A stretch of 64,000 nt of DNA. Source: an uncultured Actinomycetes bacterium. Lineage in GTDB: Bacteria; Actinomycetota; Acidimicrobiia; IMCC26256; PALSA-610. The notes below the pieces were generated by a model. That model searched no databases. It saw only the letters and a program-made list of their open reading frames with translations, and was not told the DNA's origin. Shown piece after piece: positions 58,958-64,000 of this stretch. Within the stretch, counting starts at the first letter, position 1; each line of letters starts with the position of its first letter. The stretch covers positions 425,075-489,074 of the forward strand of contig CAVXFO010000007.1 in NCBI GenBank assembly GCA_963761055.1. Direction: 5' to 3'. Both the position numbers and the translations under genes were made by a program.

Positions 58958-59933
58958 TCACAGGGCGTGCATGATCGTCGCGACGACGGCCTCCGCCGTC
59001 TCGTCGCTCGTGAAGCCCGCCGCGAAGCGGTGGCCGCCACCGCCTTGGCGTTCCGCGATCTGACGTACGTCGATCGTGCCGAGCGAGCGCAAGCTCACGC
59101 GCCACGTGAGGTCGGGCCCCTGCTTCAACACGCACGCGACCTGCGCTTCGCGGGTGCGGCGGAGCACGTCGATCAGCCCTTCGACCTCGTCGAAGGTGAC
59201 GTCGTAACGGGTGAGGTCTTCCTGGGTGACCTTCGTCCAGACGAACGCCTTGTCGGGAACGAGTGTCGCAGCCTGGAGCGCCCCTGCAAGGAGCTGCAGG
59301 TACGCGAACCGGTGCTCCTCGAACAGTGTGCGCGAGAGCTCGGGGATCGGTACGTCGAAGCACGACAGCTCCCGCGCGAGCTCGAAGACGGCAGGCGTCG
59401 TCGACTCGTACTGGAACCGGCCCGTGTCGCAGACGAGCGCTGCGTACAGGCACACGGCCGCGTCGCGGGTGAGGGGCAGACCGAGCCGCTCGATCAACCG
59501 GCGCACGAGCACACCACTCGCGGCCGCGTCGGGATCGATCACGTTGATCGTGCCGTACCGCTGGTTCGACACGTGGTGGTCGATCACGACGAGCTCGCGG
59601 GCGGCCTTGGCCGGCCGCTCGAGATCACCGAGGCGCGACAGCGAGCCCGAATCGAAGGTCACCATGACGTCCGGATCGCGCGGGAAGCGGTCGGGGGCCG
59701 TCAACAGGTCGAGTCCGGGCAGCTGGCGGTAGTGCGCCGCGACGACGAACGGCTCCGAGAACGACGCGACGCTCGTGATCCCCGCCGCGCACAACACATG
59801 ATGCAGCGCGAGCATCGAGCCGAGCGCGTCACCGTCGGGACTCACGTGGCAGGCCAGGCTCACTTCACCGGAACCGAGAATCGCCTCGGCCGCCCGGGTG
59901 CAGCGCGCTGTCGACCGGGAGATCGTCGTTCAC
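58958..59933 (-). pseudogene. nrnA: DHH-family phosphoesterase (NrnA-like), probable frameshift close to the 5' end
   Basis: The main frame starts inside the conserved region (..AAEAILGSGEVSLACHVSPDGDALGS, DHH as VIDHHVSN, GGGH). It has no start codon after the rbfA stop. A GTG overlapping the rbfA stop (GTGA) opens a second frame (MNDDLPVDSALH...). That frame would join the main one via an indel near 59885-59905 (CCCGGG run). Confidence 0.7.
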
Positions 59934-60352
59934 GCGCGCTCCTCGTCGCCGCGGGTCTCACCATCGTGGCCGTTCGACGCCTCTCGGTGGTGGATATCGC
60001 GGAGGATGTCCTCGATGCGCTGACCGGACACGATGCCGGGGTCGACGACGAAATCGAGCTTGGGCACCTGGCGGATGCGCATCTGGCGGCCGACCACGCC
60101 CCGCAGGTGTGATCCGGCCGACCGCAGCGCATCGGCAACGTCGTCGGACACGGAGTCGCGGCTGTCGACCGCGGTCGCCGTGAGCGTGGAGTAGTACACC
60201 TTGGCGTGGGCGAGGTCGCGGCTCACATCGACCCCGGTGAAGGTCACGAGCTCCAACCGCGGATCGCTCAGTCGCTCCAACTCGTCGGCCAGGACTTCGA
60301 GCATCACTTCGTTGACGCGCGCAGTACGCGGGTACTTGCGGGCCGAGGTCAT
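59930..60352 (-). CDS. rbfA: ribosome-binding factor A
   Basis: Internal ATG. RTARVNEVMLEVLADELERLSDPRLELVTFTGVDVSRDLAHAKVYY. Confidence 0.9.
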   Translation of the reverse strand: MTSARKYPRTARVNEVMLEVLADELERLSDPRLELVTFTGVDVSRDLAHAKVYYSTLTATAVDSRDSVSDDVADALRSAGSHLRGVVGRQMRIRQVPKLDFVVDPGIVSGQRIEDILRDIHHREASNGHDGETRGDEERA

Positions 60353-60356
60353 ACGG

Positions 60357-60659
60357 TCACGCCCACTCACTCTCGAGCCATGCGGTCTCGACGTCGAGCA
60401 ACTCGACATCGGCCGCGGTGACCACGAACCGTTCGATCGACCCCAGCATCTCCCGCACCTGTGTCTCGGTGACGCCGACGACGGCGACCGCGATCGCGGC
60501 CCGCTGCCACTGGTCGTGGTGGTCGACCTCGGCGACCGAGACGTGGAACCGGTGGCGCAACCCGTCGACGATCGGACGAATGGCTGCGCGCTTCACCTTC
60601 AGCGACCGGCTCTGCGGGATGTGCAGATCGAAACGGACCGCGGCTGCGTACACGGGCAC
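60357..60659 (-). CDS. DUF503 (YlxP-like) protein
   Basis: 100 aa (VRFDLHIPQSRSLKVKRAAIRPIVDGLRHRF) in the conserved position between infB and rbfA. Confidence 0.8.
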   Translation of the reverse strand: MPVYAAAVRFDLHIPQSRSLKVKRAAIRPIVDGLRHRFHVSVAEVDHHDQWQRAAIAVAVVGVTETQVREMLGSIERFVVTAADVELLDVETAWLESEWA

Positions 60660-60757
60660 ATTCTCGCACTCCGGGCGCCGGACCCACTATCCGCCGTCAC
60701 GAACACGCTCACGAACCGGTGCGGCCCGGCTCCAACCCGGTCGTCCAGCCCCGCCCC

Positions 60758-60842
60758 ATCCCGATCCGGCGTGCATCCCGATCCGGCGTGCATCCCGATC
60801 CGGGCGGCATCCCGAAACCGACGGCATCCCGATCCGGCGTGA
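60758..60842. repeat. 17-bp tandem repeat, 5 copies (ATCCCGATCCGGCGTGC x2, then three diverged copies)
   Basis: Read directly in the infB-DUF503 spacer. Copies are contiguous with no spacers. Confidence 0.9.
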
Positions 60843-60883
60843 TTGCAAGGATCCCGTCGCACGTCCGTCGGGATCCTTGCAAT
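60842..60883. other. perfect 15-bp stem hairpin (ATTGCAAGGATCCCG - 12 nt - CGGGATCCTTGCAAT)
   Basis: Read directly. It abuts the last 17-bp repeat copy and is less GC-rich than its surroundings. Confidence 0.85.
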
Positions 60884-60948
60884 GTGTTTGTGACGAGCGA
60901 TGCGGTTGTGACGAGTGCGGGCCGAGCGGGAATCAGGTCGGCGGGCGA

Positions 60949-63764
60949 TCAGACCCGGGCGATCTCTCGTTCCTCGAACGTCTCGATCACGTCACCGGCC
61001 TTGAGGTCCTGGTAGTTCTCGAGCCCGATACCGCACTCGAACCCATCGCGGACTTCACGCACGTCGTCCTTGAACCGGCGCAGCGTGGCGATCGATCCCT
61101 TCCAGATGATCGTTCCCTCGCGTAGGAAGCGGACCTTCGAACCACGCGTGATCACGCCACTCGTGACGTAGCAGCCGGCGACCTTGCCGACGCGCGGGAC
61201 CGAGAAGACCTCGCGCACTTCGGCATCCCCGGTGACGACTTCCTCGTACTCGGGCTTGAGCATCCCGACGAGAGCGTTGCGGACGTCGTCGAGCACGCCG
61301 TAGATGACCTCGTAGGTTCGGATCTCGACGCCTTCGCGCTCGGCCACTTCGCGGGCCTTGCGGTCGGGACGCACGTTGAAGCCGATCACAGTCGCGTTCG
61401 ACACGGCCGCGAGGTCGAGGTCGGACGCCGTGATCCCACCGACACCGCGGTGCACGAACGACAGGCGGACCTCGTCGTGCTCGGCGTCGAGCTTCTTCAG
61501 CGCGTCGGTGAGCGCCTCCAGCGAACCGTTGACGTCGGCCTTCACGATGAGGTTCAACGTGGCGACCTCGCCCCGTTGGACCATCGCGAAGATGTCCTCG
61601 AGCCGGGCACCGCCGCCCAGCATCATCGGGTTGCGTTGTGCCGCCACCTTGCGCCGATGCGTGCGCGCCTCGGCAACCGTGCGCGCGACCTTGTCGGAGG
61701 GCGCGACCCGGAGCTCGTCACCCGCGAGCGGCACGTCGTCGAGACCGAGCACTTCCACGGGAACCGACGGACCGGCCTCGCTGACCTGCAGGCCCTGCTC
61801 GTCGAACATCGCGCGGACGCGGCCCCAAGCCGGGCCGGCCACGATCTGGTCGCCGACCCGCAGCGTGCCTTCCTCGACGAGGGCGGTCACGACCGGACCA
61901 CGGCCCTGGTCGAGGTACGACTCGAGCACGTAGGCCTTGGCCGGGCGCTTCGGGTTGGCGACGAGGTCCTCGGCGATCTCGGCGTCGGCCACGAGCAACA
62001 GGGCGTCGAGCAGTTCCTCGACACCTTGCCCCGTCGGCGCAGCGACGTCGAGGACGATCGTGTTCCCGCCCCACTCCTCGGGCACCAACTCCTGCTCGGT
62101 GAGCTGCTGGCGCACGCGGGTCGGGTCGGCGTCTTCCCGGTCGGTCTTCGTCACGGCGACGACGATCGGCACTTCCGCGGCCCGGGCGTGGTTGATCGCC
62201 TCGACAGTCTGCGGCATGACACCATCGTCGGCCGCGACCACGAGGATCGCGATGTCGGTGATCTGCGCGCCGCGCGCGAACGCATTGCGGTGAACGCCTC
62301 GTGACCCGGTGTGTCGATGAACGTGATGCGACGACCGTCGCGCACCACCTGGTACGCCCCGATGTGCTGGGTGATGCCACCGGCTTCACCCGCGACCACG
62401 TTCGCGTGCCGGATGCGGTCGAGCAGCGTCGTCTTTCCGTGGTCGACGTGACCCATGACGGTGATGACCGGCGGGCGCGGCTCGAGCAGCGCGTCGTCGT
62501 CCTCGTCGTCGGCGGTGAGCAGCGCGATCAGCTCGATCTCCTGTTCACTCCCCGGCTCCACGATCAGGATCTGGGCACCGAGCTCCTCGGCGATGAGCTC
62601 GATCATCTCGTCGGGCAGCGACGCCGTCGCCGTCATCATTTCGCCGGCCGCGAAGAGGATCCGGACGAGGTCGGCGGGCGTGCGGTTCAGCTTGGGCGCG
62701 TACTCCTGGATGGTGCTGCCGCGCGAGACGACGATCTCGCCTTCGGGAACGGGCGCATCGGCCGGGGTGAGCCGCTGCGAAGCCGGTTCGAGCTCGGCGC
62801 GGTCGCGACGACGCTTCTTGCGCCGGCGCTGCGGGGGTCCGCCGGGTCGGCCCCGGCCACCGCCGGGACCACCGAAGCCGCCGGGTCCGCCACCAGGGCC
62901 ACCACCGGGACCACCCCGGCCGCGTCCGGGCGCGCCGGTACGGGCGCCACCGGGACCACCGGCTGAACCACCGGGACCGCCGCCGGGCGTGTATCCACCT
63001 CCGCCACCACCGCGCGGACCGCCGAAGCCGCCCCCACCGGGGCCGCCGCGGGCGCCGCCGCCGCCACCGCCGGGACCGGGCCGGGGGCCGCCGGGACGAC
63101 TTCCGAAACTGGTGCGGGGGCCGGGAGGGGGCGGCGGGACCTTCCCGGGCGGCGGCGGGATCGCCTTGCCGCTGCCGGACGTGGGACGCGACGGGGCCGC
63201 GGGCGGTGGGGTCGACGGCGCACGCGCGGCCGGCCGGTCCTCCACCGAAGGCGTGGGTCGGGTGCCGGGTGCGGCCGAGGGAGCTGACGCGGGCGCGGCA
63301 ACGGGCGGCGCTACCGGCGGAGCCGACGCGGGCGCGACCGTCGCCGCGGCCGCGGCCGGGCGTTCCACCGGCGCGGGCGGAGCCGGCATCGCGGGCGCGG
63401 GCGACGAGCGCACCACCCGGTGCGAGGACCGGACCACCGCGGGCTTGGCCTCTTCGACCGCGGCGGACGCGGCGGCCGGCTCGACGGGCCGGCTCGACGG
63501 CGCGATCGTCGTCACCGGGGCGGGCGCGGCGGGCGGGACTTCCGGAACGGGCGGGGCCGGGGCGGGCTCGGGCTCGACGACGGGCGCCTTTTTCAGCCCG
63601 CGTGAGTCGGCCAGGCGGCGGACGCGGTCGGCCGAGGGCTCGTCGATGCTCGACGAGTGGCTCTTGACGCCGATCTTGAGCTCGTTGGAAAGCTCGACCA
63701 CGACGGCGTTGTCAACGCCGAGCTCTCGTGCCAGCTCGTAGACCCGAATCTTCTTCGTCGCCAA
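60949..63764 (-). pseudogene. infB: translation initiation factor IF-2, one frameshift as sequenced
   Basis: The N-terminal part (TTG start, [17 protein letters not shown], Pro/Gly-rich region, [24 protein letters not shown]) is in ORF 62151..63764. The remainder ([24 protein letters not shown]...) is in the frame of ORF 60949..62241. The junction is near 62265-62285. Confidence 0.92.
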
Positions 63765-63777
63765 AACAGTCCGTTCC

Positions 63778-64000
63778 TTAGAAATCGGTGCTCTCTAGTG
63801 TCGCGCGCAGCTCTTCGACTTCGGTGCTCGTCAGCTCCCGGCGGAGCGCCCGGGCGAGTGTTCCTCGCTTTGCCGCCCGGGCGAAACAGTCGCTCGAGCA
63901 GATCCATGCGCCCCGGCCGGGCTTGGTCCGGCCGATCTGTACCGCTCCCCCACGCATCGCCGCAATCCGGATCCAGCCCTCGGGGCTGTCGGTCCGGCGG
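63778..64000 (-). CDS. YlxR/DUF448-like protein, 5' end outside the window
   Basis: Not in the ORF track because no start codon lies in the window. My own translation of the minus strand gives ...[51 protein letters not shown], ending in TAA at 63778..63780. This is the usual position upstream of infB. Confidence 0.6.
   Translation of the reverse strand, partial: RRTDSPEGWIRIAAMRGGAVQIGRTKPGRGAWICSSDCFARAAKRGTLARALRRELTSTEVEELRATLESTDF

Overview
High-GC, Actinomycetota-like chromosomal segment that is almost entirely coding. All calls come from by-eye translation and motif recognition; no database search was run. Coordinates not anchored on the ORF track may be off by 1-2 nt.

Most of the window is a conserved housekeeping backbone, mainly on the minus strand:
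- ylxR-infB-DUF503-rbfA-nrnA-truB-ribF-rpsO-pnp-M16 peptidase-dapB
- a Liv-type ABC importer
- bioA-bioF-bioD with two TetR genes and a di-iron protein
- rnj, an SDR, ftsK
- rimO-pgsA-cinA-VOC-thpR-recA
- miaB-miaA-dapF-hflX and dapC-dapD-dapE
- lexA, a divergent LysM gene, and nrdR-nrdJ
- a DinB-like gene, an SDR/ABM/Baeyer-Villiger monooxygenase locus, a fructosamine kinase and a DUF2804 gene

At the left edge sits a cytochrome b / Rieske / cytochrome c module. It is translationally coupled to a GltD-like flavo-FeS oxidoreductase.

Between rimO and ftsK (about 28.2-36.3 kb) lies a visibly less GC-rich accessory block. It holds a Zn-ribbon acidic protein, a heparinase II/III-like gene, a 14-Asp-box beta-propeller gene, a Zn-ribbon methyltransferase, an intact IS256-family element with a 9-bp target duplication, and a small membrane protein.

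The most pervasive oddity is about 15 reading-frame disruptions. Many hit essential or strongly conserved genes (infB, lexA, dapB, miaA, bioA, bioF, cinA, nrnA). I read these as most likely indel errors in the sequence, not biology.

No rRNA, tRNA or CRISPR array was seen.

Most interesting candidates:
- the flavoprotein-coupled Rieske/cyt b module
- the accessory island with its cytoplasmic heparinase-like plus double-propeller pair
- the repeat- and hairpin-laden infB-DUF503 spacer
- the TetR/di-iron operon with a 17-bp perfect inverted repeat
- a BioQ-like TetR gene back-to-back with bioA
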